Positions 1 through 9,600 of a stretch of 40,366 bases of DNA are shown here, in pieces. The DNA is from a virus. The stretch lies in the UHGV virus genome UHGV-0203373; one strand, given 5' to 3'. The notes beneath the pieces were generated by a model. That model was given only the letters and a program-made list of their open reading frames with translations. It did not search any database and was not told where the DNA came from. Both the position numbers and the translations under genes were made by a program. The stretch's first letter is position 1, and each line of letters opens with the position of its first letter.

Positions 1-3
1 ATT

Positions 4-672
4 ATGGCACTTCCGACGCAAAGAAAGACAGATTTAATCTCCCTCATTTTGGATACAATCAATCGTCCTATTGATGATGAATGGACTCGGATTGTGTCAT
101 TATTTATTGACCAAGCTTTTAATCGTGTAGGACAAAAGCTTCTTGATTTTGGTGCTTGCTATTTTATAAAGCTTGCAGCCGATGAGGGTAATAGCGCAGC
201 TAATGTTTTTACTCGGCTTAGCCCTGTTATAGTAAAAACAGACTTAGAGCAACCCTACATAGAGTTGTTTTTAAATGTTTACAATAAACCTATGAAGATT
301 AAAGATTTGTCTTTGGAATTAGACACTACTCCAGAAGCGGTGCTTCTTCAAGGTGTTCCTTCTGGTGTTGTTGGTAAGCTTGGCAATACTTATTATTTTA
401 ATTCAAACGATGTGTTTGGTGCACAAAAGTTTATACGCGCTATTGCGCGTAGACAAGCAAATACAAAGCTTGATACAAGTCTTTTGGCTTCTGTTTTTGA
501 GCAAGCCTTTGATTATTTGTATCACGAAGTAACTTTAAGAATGATGTTGTATATTCGAGATGACCTTGACCGTGTTGCTACGGAAAGGGCTCTTCGAGAT
601 GAAGCATATTATGACCTCCAAAATTATATTGTGAAACTTGGAGATACTGGAATTTTGACAATAGAAGGATAA
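4..672 (+). CDS. Putative head-tail adaptor / tail tubular protein
   Basis: 222 aa. It follows the capsid genes in circular order and precedes the nozzle. Helical N- and C-terminal parts flank a beta-rich middle. Call is by synteny. Confidence 0.45.
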   Translation: MALPTQRKTDLISLILDTINRPIDDEWTRIVSLFIDQAFNRVGQKLLDFGACYFIKLAADEGNSAANVFTRLSPVIVKTDLEQPYIELFLNVYNKPMKIKDLSLELDTTPEAVLLQGVPSGVVGKLGNTYYFNSNDVFGAQKFIRAIARRQANTKLDTSLLASVFEQAFDYLYHEVTLRMMLYIRDDLDRVATERALRDEAYYDLQNYIVKLGDTGILTIEG

Positions 673-678
673 TTTATT

Positions 679-1398
679 ATGGCAGATTCTTATGCGGGCA
701 GTACTTTAGATAATTTAAAATCTACATCACCTACGGCTGATGAGTCTATTGGAAATGTTTATAAGGCTATTCAGCAAATTAAACGAGTTATGCTCAATGA
801 AGAAGACCCTCGAGGACTTCTTGGTTATATAGATGCAAGAATCGAGGCTGCTTTCTCTGCGTTTAAAGCGAGCTTTCCAGTTGGTTATATTTATATTTCT
901 CTTGGTTTAGCAGACCCTGCTACCATTTTTGGTGGCTTATGGGAAAGACTACCAGATGGGTCTTATCTTGTTAATGATGAGAATCTGAGCGCAGACCAGC
1001 TTGAGCCTTCTTATATTGACCAATGGTTCTCTAATGGGAAGCGTTTTGGTATGCCAGATTATAGTCAAGCTATTTCTCTTGGAAATATTACTCAGTATAG
1101 AGCAACACAAGATGGTTGGATTCAAATAGATACACATTTATTACCAACAGGTCAAGTGTTTATAAACGGCATTTCTGTTATGAAACCTAATACAACAGTT
1201 CAAGCAGTCGAGCGTCAATCTATTCTTTTGCCTATGTATACTAACGATAGTCTTACTACAAGTGGTGTGCAAGCAGTGCATCTTAACGCGCAATTTTTTC
1301 CTTGTGTAGAAGGTAGTGATTATATATCGACATCTACTTCAAATAAGCTTTGTCAGGTGCGCAGATTATCAGTGCATATGTGGAGGCGTATAGGTTAA
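679..1398 (+). CDS. Tail fibre/spike-associated structural protein with baseplate gp10 C-terminal-like domain
   Basis: FPVGYIYIS...DPATIFGGLWERL and the terminal VHMWRRIG match the common YPVGSIY...PATLFGGTWE...VYMWKRTA phage module. An internal MPDYSQAIS...YRATQDGWI motif is typical of fibre tips. Confidence 0.6.
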   Translation: MADSYAGSTLDNLKSTSPTADESIGNVYKAIQQIKRVMLNEEDPRGLLGYIDARIEAAFSAFKASFPVGYIYISLGLADPATIFGGLWERLPDGSYLVNDENLSADQLEPSYIDQWFSNGKRFGMPDYSQAISLGNITQYRATQDGWIQIDTHLLPTGQVFINGISVMKPNTTVQAVERQSILLPMYTNDSLTTSGVQAVHLNAQFFPCVEGSDYISTSTSNKLCQVRRLSVHMWRRIG

Positions 1399-2537
1399 TG
1401 GGAGAAATAGTATTACCATTTTCTACGGGTTTACAGCTTAATACTAATAAACTCATATCTTCGAGTTTAACAGTAGCTAAGCTTGAAAATTTAGTGCCTA
1501 TTGAAGGAGAACTTTGTGCAGAACCGTGGTTTACTCCTTTTGCGAAAACGACCTTAACAGATGATGTGGTTATTGATGGTTATTTTGCTTGGTACTCTGG
1601 TTTATCAAAAGAGTATGTATTTGGGATAAAGATAAATAAATCAATTTATATTGTAAACAGTAATGATGTTGACGATGAAGGTATTTTAAGCTTGACTAAA
1701 GCTGGAGATTTATACTCTACTAACTATGAGCAAACGTCTGTTCAACAGCTTTATACAGATTTTCAAGCAAACGCAACAATGCAATATGCACAGTGGGTGT
1801 TTGTGCAGGTAGCTACCGCTTTCATTACTAAACCTGGTTTACCTATTACGCAATTAGTGGAAGGCGGAGAAGCTGGTTATACACCTATCGCAATACCTGC
1901 TACCTATAAGGACGAAGAAAATAAAGATAAGTATCTGTCAGCAAAATATATTATAGCTACCAATGATAGGCTTTTTATTGGTCATTGTTGGGAAGGAGAT
2001 ACTTACTATCCGACGCGCATTCATTGGTCAGATATTAACAAGCCGTTAGATTGGGCAGTTAGTAGCACCTCTGAAGCGGATTATTTTGATTTAGGTGTAA
2101 ACAGTTTAGAAATTACTGGCTTGGCTTATGCTAATGCAATTCTTTACACTTTTACAAAAAATTCTATTTGGCGGTCAGACTATGAAGGATTTGAGAATAA
2201 ATTTAAAACTACTAAGTTTACTTCATCTACGGGTAATGTTTATCATTATGGAGTAATTACGGTAAACGAGGTTATTTATTTTATAGGAAAAGATAATTTC
2301 TATATGATAAATAATGTAACTTTACAACCTATTGGAGATGCTATTTGGTCTTGGTTTAGAGAGAATAAAGCAGCTACTGCAAGTGACCCAATTATGGCAC
2401 AATACGAATTAGTGCAAAAAACCATTACTTGGATTTTTCCAAAAAATGACCCGCTTTCTTCAACTGGGGTAAGTCGTTGGGGAATAAAGTATAATACTGA
2501 AACAGGACAATGGTCAACGAGGAGTATGCAACAATGA
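1398..2537 (+). CDS. Tail nozzle / DNA stabilisation protein (P22 gp10-like beta-propeller), N-terminal part
   Basis: RLFIG...YPTRIHWSDINKPLDW...ITGL...LYTFTKNSIWR...IYFIGKDNFY blade pattern. The start is moved to ATG 1398, which overlaps the upstream TAA. Confidence 0.7.
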   Translation: MGEIVLPFSTGLQLNTNKLISSSLTVAKLENLVPIEGELCAEPWFTPFAKTTLTDDVVIDGYFAWYSGLSKEYVFGIKINKSIYIVNSNDVDDEGILSLTKAGDLYSTNYEQTSVQQLYTDFQANATMQYAQWVFVQVATAFITKPGLPITQLVEGGEAGYTPIAIPATYKDEENKDKYLSAKYIIATNDRLFIGHCWEGDTYYPTRIHWSDINKPLDWAVSSTSEADYFDLGVNSLEITGLAYANAILYTFTKNSIWRSDYEGFENKFKTTKFTSSTGNVYHYGVITVNEVIYFIGKDNFYMINNVTLQPIGDAIWSWFRENKAATASDPIMAQYELVQKTITWIFPKNDPLSSTGVSRWGIKYNTETGQWSTRSMQQ

Positions 2538-3166
2538 GTATTTTCAATGATGACTATCCTGTAGAAGTAACTTTAGCTATTAAAGACTTGCTCCCCGGTG
2601 GTAAGTTTAAAGGCGGTCAAGGTCTTACTTATCAGCAAGCTTTAGACGCAGACACAGAAGCCGGTTCTGTAGTTTACCCAAATGTAGGAGAATGGATAAA
2701 AGTTTCTCAATTTAATCGAATAATAATCATTGATGATGGTTCTGTTTTTTCGATTAAAAACAAGACTCCTAAAGTAGCAACTTTACACGCCCTCGATTAT
2801 GACAAATTTGGTGGTGATGACTCTGACGAAACTTTAAGATGTTATCTTCTAACTAACCCTATTATACTTAGCTCTTTAGCTAACATTAAAGAAATTAAAG
2901 CTTTGCGATTAGCTTATGAAGGTAACAATTTAGAACTTCAACCTGAAGTAAATTTATATTGTCGGAATAATTTTCACGACGAAAAGCATAAAATTTTGTG
3001 CTCTCCTTTTGTTGACCCAAACGGTCATCTTATTTATTATCTAAGAGAAGCCGCTAAGTTTAAAATTTTTGAACTTGAAATTTCTTGGGTAAATACAAAG
3101 GCTTCTTATATTAGTAAACTTCTTGGAGTATCTTTAATCTACGATAATAGCGGTGAAACACGATGA
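2534..3166 (+). CDS. Probable C-terminal part of the tail nozzle protein, encoded as a separate gene
   Basis: ATGA overlap with the upstream gene and GGAG at 2521-2524. LLTNPI...KEIKALRL...FKIFELEI...LLGVSLIY resembles the C-terminal beta-sandwich of gp10-like nozzles. Confidence 0.5.
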   Translation: MSIFNDDYPVEVTLAIKDLLPGGKFKGGQGLTYQQALDADTEAGSVVYPNVGEWIKVSQFNRIIIIDDGSVFSIKNKTPKVATLHALDYDKFGGDDSDETLRCYLLTNPIILSSLANIKEIKALRLAYEGNNLELQPEVNLYCRNNFHDEKHKILCSPFVDPNGHLIYYLREAAKFKIFELEISWVNTKASYISKLLGVSLIYDNSGETR

Positions 3167-3540
3167 GATTTAGACAGTTTATATTATCTCCACAAAGAAT
3201 TGGAGAGTCTGTTTATGCTTGGTTAAAACGTGAAACTGAGCGTATGTTTGCTGTATCTTATACTAATGCGCAGTCTTTAGGAATTAACTCAGTTACAGTA
3301 AACGCAAACTCAGGGTTAAGTTTGCCTTTTTACAAAGAGCAGCGTTTTATTTTTAACAAAACTTTTAATAATGAAAACTTTGTTTTAAGTGGAGAATTTA
3401 CTACAAATACTTTTTTAATTTTTTACACTAAAGGTTCAGGTAGCCTTATTATAGAAAATAATACTTATACTTTTGTAGATAATTCTCAACTAAATTTTTT
3501 TGTGTCTGGTATAAAACCCTTAACTCTTATTAAACTATGA
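3163..3540 (+). CDS. Hypothetical virion/tail protein
   Basis: 125 aa with ATGA overlaps on both sides, within the tail operon. Confidence 0.55.
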   Translation: MRFRQFILSPQRIGESVYAWLKRETERMFAVSYTNAQSLGINSVTVNANSGLSLPFYKEQRFIFNKTFNNENFVLSGEFTTNTFLIFYTKGSGSLIIENNTYTFVDNSQLNFFVSGIKPLTLIKL

Positions 3541-3980
3541 TTGAACAAATTAAAACAGTAGAAAGACTTGCTGAGTATGTTCCACATCTTGTTCAGGTCT
3601 TTCAAAAGAAAAGAAAAATATTTGACGAGGACTTGACGGAAGAAGAATTTATCTCGCGTCTTTTTTCATACTTTAGAGACAAGTCTAATTTTTATTTTGG
3701 TCGTTTGATTAAAGACAAACTTGAATTTTTTATTTGTTGTTTTTCAATCCCTGACAAAATTAAAAATGTAAAATTTATTTGGTTTCTTTATGTAGACGCA
3801 AAACGTCATCAATACACTTATGATTGGCTTGAACTTTGTAAAGAGTACTGTAAAGTTCACGGTATCGATGAGTTGCGCTTTGAAACTTTTCGTTTAACTC
3901 GTTCTTATCGACGCTTTACAAAAAAAGTTGGTGCAAAACCAATGAGTATTATTTACAACATTAACTTAAAGGAAAATTAA
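3537..3980 (+). CDS. GNAT-fold protein
   Basis: FIWFLYVD...LELCKEYCKVHGIDELRFET...YRRFTKKVG resembles the GNAT C-terminal half. Such genes commonly sit between tail and ejection genes in podophages. Confidence 0.55.
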   Translation: MIEQIKTVERLAEYVPHLVQVFQKKRKIFDEDLTEEEFISRLFSYFRDKSNFYFGRLIKDKLEFFICCFSIPDKIKNVKFIWFLYVDAKRHQYTYDWLELCKEYCKVHGIDELRFETFRLTRSYRRFTKKVGAKPMSIIYNINLKEN

Positions 3981-3981
3981 A

Positions 3982-4572
3982 ATGGGCGGCGCAAATAGTT
4001 CAAGGTCAGATTCACGTGTGGTTAGTGCACCTTATGAAAACAACGTAAGATGGTCAGACCCTCAAGTTAGAAATCTTCTTTCTAATTTAACAGAAAATCT
4101 TCAAACACGGTTAACCCGAGAAGGTAATGCTTTTGACAATAATCTAAATACTACTTCTCAGAAAACTTTGATGGCATTGCAAGGAAATGACTATCAATAT
4201 AAAGAGAATCCGTATACGCGTGCAGCAACAGACGCTTTAGGAGCACAAGCATATAGCAATTTTCAAAAGAACTTTGCGAAAGCTTATAGTGATGTTCAAG
4301 GATACGGGCAAGGAACAGCTTCCCGTAGACTTGCTGATACCTATAGTGACTATGCTAATCAAGCCGCCTTGCAACAAGCACAAACAAAGCTTGGTCAATA
4401 TAATACTGACCTTGATAGAGTTCTTAAATCTGCTGAGCTTGGTCTCGGTCAAGATACTTTGTCACAGCTCTCTCCGATGATAGTTGGTTTAGGTAACTTG
4501 TTTAAAGAAACTTACGGCAAAACTCCTGCGACAGAAACGTCCTCAAGGTCTTGGGGCTTTAACATATTTTAA
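3982..4572 (+). CDS. Internal virion / DNA ejection protein
   Basis: MGG-Ser-rich N-terminus and Q/A/N-rich helical body. It is the first of a series of increasingly large ORFs. Confidence 0.55.
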   Translation: MGGANSSRSDSRVVSAPYENNVRWSDPQVRNLLSNLTENLQTRLTREGNAFDNNLNTTSQKTLMALQGNDYQYKENPYTRAATDALGAQAYSNFQKNFAKAYSDVQGYGQGTASRRLADTYSDYANQAALQQAQTKLGQYNTDLDRVLKSAELGLGQDTLSQLSPMIVGLGNLFKETYGKTPATETSSRSWGFNIF

Positions 4573-4574
4573 TT

Positions 4575-4883
4575 ATGGTCAATAAAAACGTAGCTTCTCT
4601 TTTAATGGGTCTTACTTCTGATAACACCAGCCCTATGGGTGCAATGCCCAGTGCCGCTGGCAGTCAAGACCCGAATCGTATGCAGCCGCTTACACAAGCA
4701 CAGCAAGGGTCTCGCACTGCCGGAATGCTTGCCAACGCTTTAGGCTTTCCCCAAACAGGGAAAGCTATAAATAGCTTCTCTCCGTCAAACGCTTTACTTT
4801 CTGGATTAAGCAATGGCTTAAACACTGTTTACCAAGGTGGACGAAGCGCTTTAGGAACGTTAGGGAAGTTCCTTTTCCTCTAA
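4575..4883 (+). CDS. Small Gly/Ala-rich putative ejection protein
   Basis: 102 aa, low complexity, amphipathic C-terminus, located in the ejection cluster. Confidence 0.4.
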   Translation: MVNKNVASLLMGLTSDNTSPMGAMPSAAGSQDPNRMQPLTQAQQGSRTAGMLANALGFPQTGKAINSFSPSNALLSGLSNGLNTVYQGGRSALGTLGKFLFL

Positions 4884-4905
4884 CATTAACGATAATCATT
4901 AAGGT
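4884..4905 (+). promoter_or_regulatory. Fur-box-like dyad, copy 1
   Basis: TTAACGATAATCATTAA (4886-4902) between stop 4883 and ATG 4912. Confidence 0.65.
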
Positions 4906-4911
4906 AATATT

Positions 4912-6684
4912 ATGGCAAACTTTGCAGTCATTCCCGGAAGCACCCTCGACATATTAAGACGTTATGCAGCACCTGCTAATGCAAATCAAAATTTGGACGA
5001 TGCGTTATTTGCTTTGGATTCTTACTTGAAACCTGCGCCTGCAGTAAATACACCGAGTTTCTCGGAACGCTTAGCAGCAAGTCAATCCCCAGTCCCCGGC
5101 AGTACAGTCATTCCCGGAAGCGTTCTTTATCCTTCTGAAGCCGACCCGACTGCTCCTACGGTAACTGGTTCGCCTTATCTTGACCGTGCAGCGATGTGGT
5201 TTCAAGATACCTTTGAAAAGCCTATTAACCGAGTATTAAACACTTCAAACGCTATTGGAGATACTTTAGGTCTCGCTGCACGTGGAGCTATTGAATTTCC
5301 TTACAAATATTTTACAGCTACTCCCGAAGAGCGCGCTAAAACTAAAGACCAATATCTTAAAGAACTTTCAGAGGCAGCTTCATTGTTCAATAATGGATAT
5401 TCGAGAGATTGGCAAGGACGCAATTTTGATACTGCCGTAAATTTAGTCACTTTAGGTGCTGGGGGCGGTTCTGTTGCTAACTCTATTAGAAAAGGTGTCG
5501 GTCAATTAGCTAAATCCGCAGGGCAAAAAAATCTTGCAGAAACCTTCTACAAAAATGCAGGAGAGTTGGCGGCAAGAAACGCTGCTGGCGATTTTCCAAC
5601 TACTGCAGCTGGGGTAAGTAAACTTACTAAACAATATGTTACTCAAGGAAAACGAGCTCTGACGGAAGCGGAAAAACTTGCGACGCAAGGTAATAGTGCT
5701 ATTAAACAGGCGGCGAAAGCTGCTGGTGGAACTGCTATTGGCATAGGCGGTGCTAATGCCATAGACGCTGCGAACGATAAAACCCCTGCTGCAACAAACG
5801 ACCAAATAAAAACTGTGGAACAAAATATTACAAACAACCTTGTTGCACAAGCAGCCGGTCAAGACTCGCCTGCGGTAAATGCTATAAAGCTTAGCAACCC
5901 TGTTTCAGCTGACCAGCTTCGAGCAGCGGGTATTCCCGATATTACCCCTGCCATAATTAACCCGAGTGCAACTCCGCAAACAAGCTCTGCCCAAAACCTT
6001 CTTAGACTTATATCTCAAATGCCACCGAGAAGTGCTATGACTGAAAGCGGTGTTCCTATCTCTGCAGCACAGGCGGCTCAAGAATATCAACAAGCTTTGC
6101 GTGACCGAAACGCGCAAGGACTAACGAGAGAAGACTTACTTAGACAAGCTATGGATAAACGTCAGCAAGCACTTTCCCGTATTAACGCAGAGCGTGAAAG
6201 CAGTCCGTTGGCTTGGCTTGGACATATAGTTTCTCTCTTATCGGCTTGGCGTCGAAGAGAGTTTAACCCTTCCGCGACTTGGTCAAATGCAACGCTTGCA
6301 CAGGCAGCTCTCGACCCTGAGTACCAAGAGGCAGAAGACACTATCCGACTGCTCGCCCCGCAATATGCTACGAGTCAACAGAACCTCGAGAAGGCTCAAA
6401 AGAGTGCATTTAACCTTGCAGACTTGGCAAGCCGCGACGCTCGAACTGCAGCTATACAACAGGCAGCTGACGCCAGTGAGCAGAGAGCCCAAGCGCAAGT
6501 CTTTAGGGCTATGAATGCAGCTTCAAGCACAGACCCGTTAGCAAAGTTATCTAACGACCAACTCGACATATATGAAAATACCTTGAAGAAAGCTCTGGCA
6601 GCAGCGAAGTCAGAAGCAGTAAGAAAACAGATTACTGCCAAGCTTGCAGCAATTCAAAGCACTCGAGAGAACAGAATACAATAA
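4912..6684 (+). CDS. Internal virion / DNA ejection protein
   Basis: 590 aa, Ala/Gln-rich helical protein with a hydrophobic segment (PLAWLGHIVSLLSAW). Supported by synteny. Confidence 0.55.
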   Translation: MANFAVIPGSTLDILRRYAAPANANQNLDDALFALDSYLKPAPAVNTPSFSERLAASQSPVPGSTVIPGSVLYPSEADPTAPTVTGSPYLDRAAMWFQDTFEKPINRVLNTSNAIGDTLGLAARGAIEFPYKYFTATPEERAKTKDQYLKELSEAASLFNNGYSRDWQGRNFDTAVNLVTLGAGGGSVANSIRKGVGQLAKSAGQKNLAETFYKNAGELAARNAAGDFPTTAAGVSKLTKQYVTQGKRALTEAEKLATQGNSAIKQAAKAAGGTAIGIGGANAIDAANDKTPAATNDQIKTVEQNITNNLVAQAAGQDSPAVNAIKLSNPVSADQLRAAGIPDITPAIINPSATPQTSSAQNLLRLISQMPPRSAMTESGVPISAAQAAQEYQQALRDRNAQGLTREDLLRQAMDKRQQALSRINAERESSPLAWLGHIVSLLSAWRRREFNPSATWSNATLAQAALDPEYQEAEDTIRLLAPQYATSQQNLEKAQKSAFNLADLASRDARTAAIQQAADASEQRAQAQVFRAMNAASSTDPLAKLSNDQLDIYENTLKKALAAAKSEAVRKQITAKLAAIQSTRENRIQ

Positions 6685-6685
6685 T

Positions 6686-9600
6686 ATGGCAACGATACCA
6701 GTAAACTACAATCAAGCCTACGAGCTAAAACAAAAGTACTTCCCCGACCTCTCTAATGAAGAGGCGGCGGAAGCTTTGTCTGTAGCTTCACAGAACCCAG
6801 CCGACCCCGATACAAAGTTTGACTTCAGCTCTCTTGAAACAGCGAGTTCTCTTGTTAGAGGACGTGCTGCAATAAACCGTGCTTTGACAGGCGGCTACCA
6901 AGAATATGCAGCACCGCTTGTCTCTGCTGCTCTCGGAGAAGGTGCTGTAGGCAGAGTAGCTAATCGTATTGGCGAAGGCATCACATCGTCAATTCCAGAA
7001 GTCGCGGCACTTGTGCTGACCCACGGAAAAGACAAAGGGCTTATCTCCCGTATGTTTGGAAAAGCTGTAGCCGGCGTAGGAGCACATTCCAACGTGCTCG
7101 CGGAGACTGGCGACCCTACCTCTGCAATGACGGCAGGCTTGACTATGGGCGTCACACCGAGTATCGCAGGCGGATTGACGCGGGCTTTCTCCAAGCTTCC
7201 TGTTGTTGCCTCGTCACCCACGGCAACCAACGTGCTCGCGGGCTTGGCAACAACCGCCCTCACTTCCCCCGCTGACATCGCCCTCTCTCCCCGCGCGTCA
7301 GCGCACTCTTCTCCCCTCGGCGACATTCGGTCTTACGAACGCGTCTCCCCTTCTGACACCGAAGCAATGGCAGAAAGGTTTAATGCATTAACCGGAGAAG
7401 ACCTTGCAACAATCGTTGGAAGCAGTATTGTTCCAGACACAATTATTGGAGCACAAATGGCTCGTAGTCGTAAGGCGGTAAAGCTTGATGATGCTGCTCG
7501 TCAAGCTATTCAATCGGCAACTGCTGAGACTAAAGATTTTCGTAAGGTTCTCTCTGACTACGGTATTCCGACACCGCAAGGAGCTAATGAGATTGACATC
7601 ACAAATGCATATAATCGTCTTATAACTGAAGGCGGTGCAAGTCAATTAGACATTATCAAACAGCTCTATCAAAGTGTAGACCAAGCAAAGCTTTCTCCTG
7701 CTGAAAGAGCTTTTAAGGAACGTCTTGAAAGTAATACTCTCAACGCTGACGATATTCAGTTTATGGGAGACCAAGCGAAACCTATAGAGAATCCTTTTAT
7801 AGAACAAGCTCTTAAAGATTTTGACCGTATGGTTGTTGATACTGACCTTACAGACTATGCACCCGAGAAAGCTAATAAAGCTGCACAAGCTTTTGGTAAG
7901 GTCACAAGATTTCTTAGCAACGCACACCAAGCGACTGAGAGTATTCCAGCCGCTCGTGAAGTTATTGACACCTATGCTCAGCAGAAACCTAAAGCTGATG
8001 AAGCAGTAAGTCGTGCTCTTGATTATTTCGGGCAGGGTGAAGAAGGCGGTAAGTCTCTTAAAGACTCTTATAACAATCTTACCCGTTTAGTAAGTGAAGC
8101 AGACCTAAACCCCGAGCTTAATAAAAAGTATAGTGATACTTTGTATAAGCTAAATGAAATGCTTTATAAGACTGAAACAAATCCCGAAACTGGTGAAACA
8201 ATAAGGCATCGTCTTACTATGTTTGACCAGCTTCCAACTTTGTCAGTTGAAGAAATTCAAAAACTTGCTGGACTTAATAGAGACCAAGCTACGTTCGTAA
8301 AACGTATTGTTTCAAGTCCGATTGAAAATGCTAAGCTTGACCTTAACGCAAGCAGTGCTACTGCTCAGATGATTACAGCTGAACAGCTTCGTAATGCGTT
8401 CCCGACAATTAAAGATAGTGCAAGTGCTTTACGCCTTAGCACAGAATTGTATAAGCAAGCTCGTCCTGAAGTTTTGAATGCTATGCGGGCTGAACACGTA
8501 GGTGGTGGTAATGAGCCGTCAAAAATCGCTATTCAAAGATTATCAGATTTTATTCAGAACACAGTCTATAGTCACGTTAAAAATAAATCCCTTATTAAAG
8601 GGCAGGCGGATAGCTTGGCAGCAGCAATATTCTATAATGAAAAAGCCTTGCTGAAATCCTATCAATATAATTCTATGTTTGGCTATTCTTCTCTTTCCCG
8701 CAAGGGCGAGAAATATGGGCTTTTCTATAAGGATATTCAAGGCAATCCATATTATGAATCCTTTAAAGATAAAGTCGCCTTAGAAGCCCGCCAAAAGGCT
8801 TTAAAGGCAAATAAAGAAATCAATCCCGAGAGCCTTGAGCCAATCGATAAAAGCCAAATAGATTTATCAAAATACGACCACATCGCAGATATTCAAGCGA
8901 AAAACTTTCAAGATGAAATACGGACTGCTCGAGCAGAGCTTCGTGATTATCTTATCAAAAATGGTAATCGAGTTTTTGATATTGACCCCGATGGTATTCT
9001 TGCAGAACTTGCTCAACGAGAAGATAACTTTTTTAAGGTTGCTCAATCATTAGTATCTAAAGCTAACCTTGAAACTCGCACAAGCATTGCTCGTAAAATG
9101 GTGAAAGGAGCTACAGGTTCAGAGATTATAACAAATGCTCTCGAAGCGGCGCAACGTGCTGCAAGGCGTTCATCATACATTGCAGATAATGCAAAGATTG
9201 ACTACTTAATGAAAGACCCGATGATAAAGAATAATCCAGAAATGTTGGATTTTCTTGAGCAGAAGCGTCGTTATATGCAAGACCCCAACATTTCCGAATG
9301 GGCAGGTATTCGTGCGTATGCTACTCTTTACTACCTTTTAGGCTCTGGGTCTTACATTGCTGCTAACTTGTTGCAAGTCCCCACTCTTGGTATGTCCGTA
9401 TGGAGACAAGCTACTGGACGAAGCATTGCTGATTTTGGAAGTTCTTTACGAAAAGCAATAACAGTTGTTAATGACTACGACCGCCCAGTTTCTCGTAAAC
9501 AGAGTGCTCTCGACAAAGAACTCTTTCCTTACTTGAAAGCTCTTGAAGAGCGTAAAGTATTTGACCAACATTACACTGAAGATGTTGAGTCAATGCGTAA

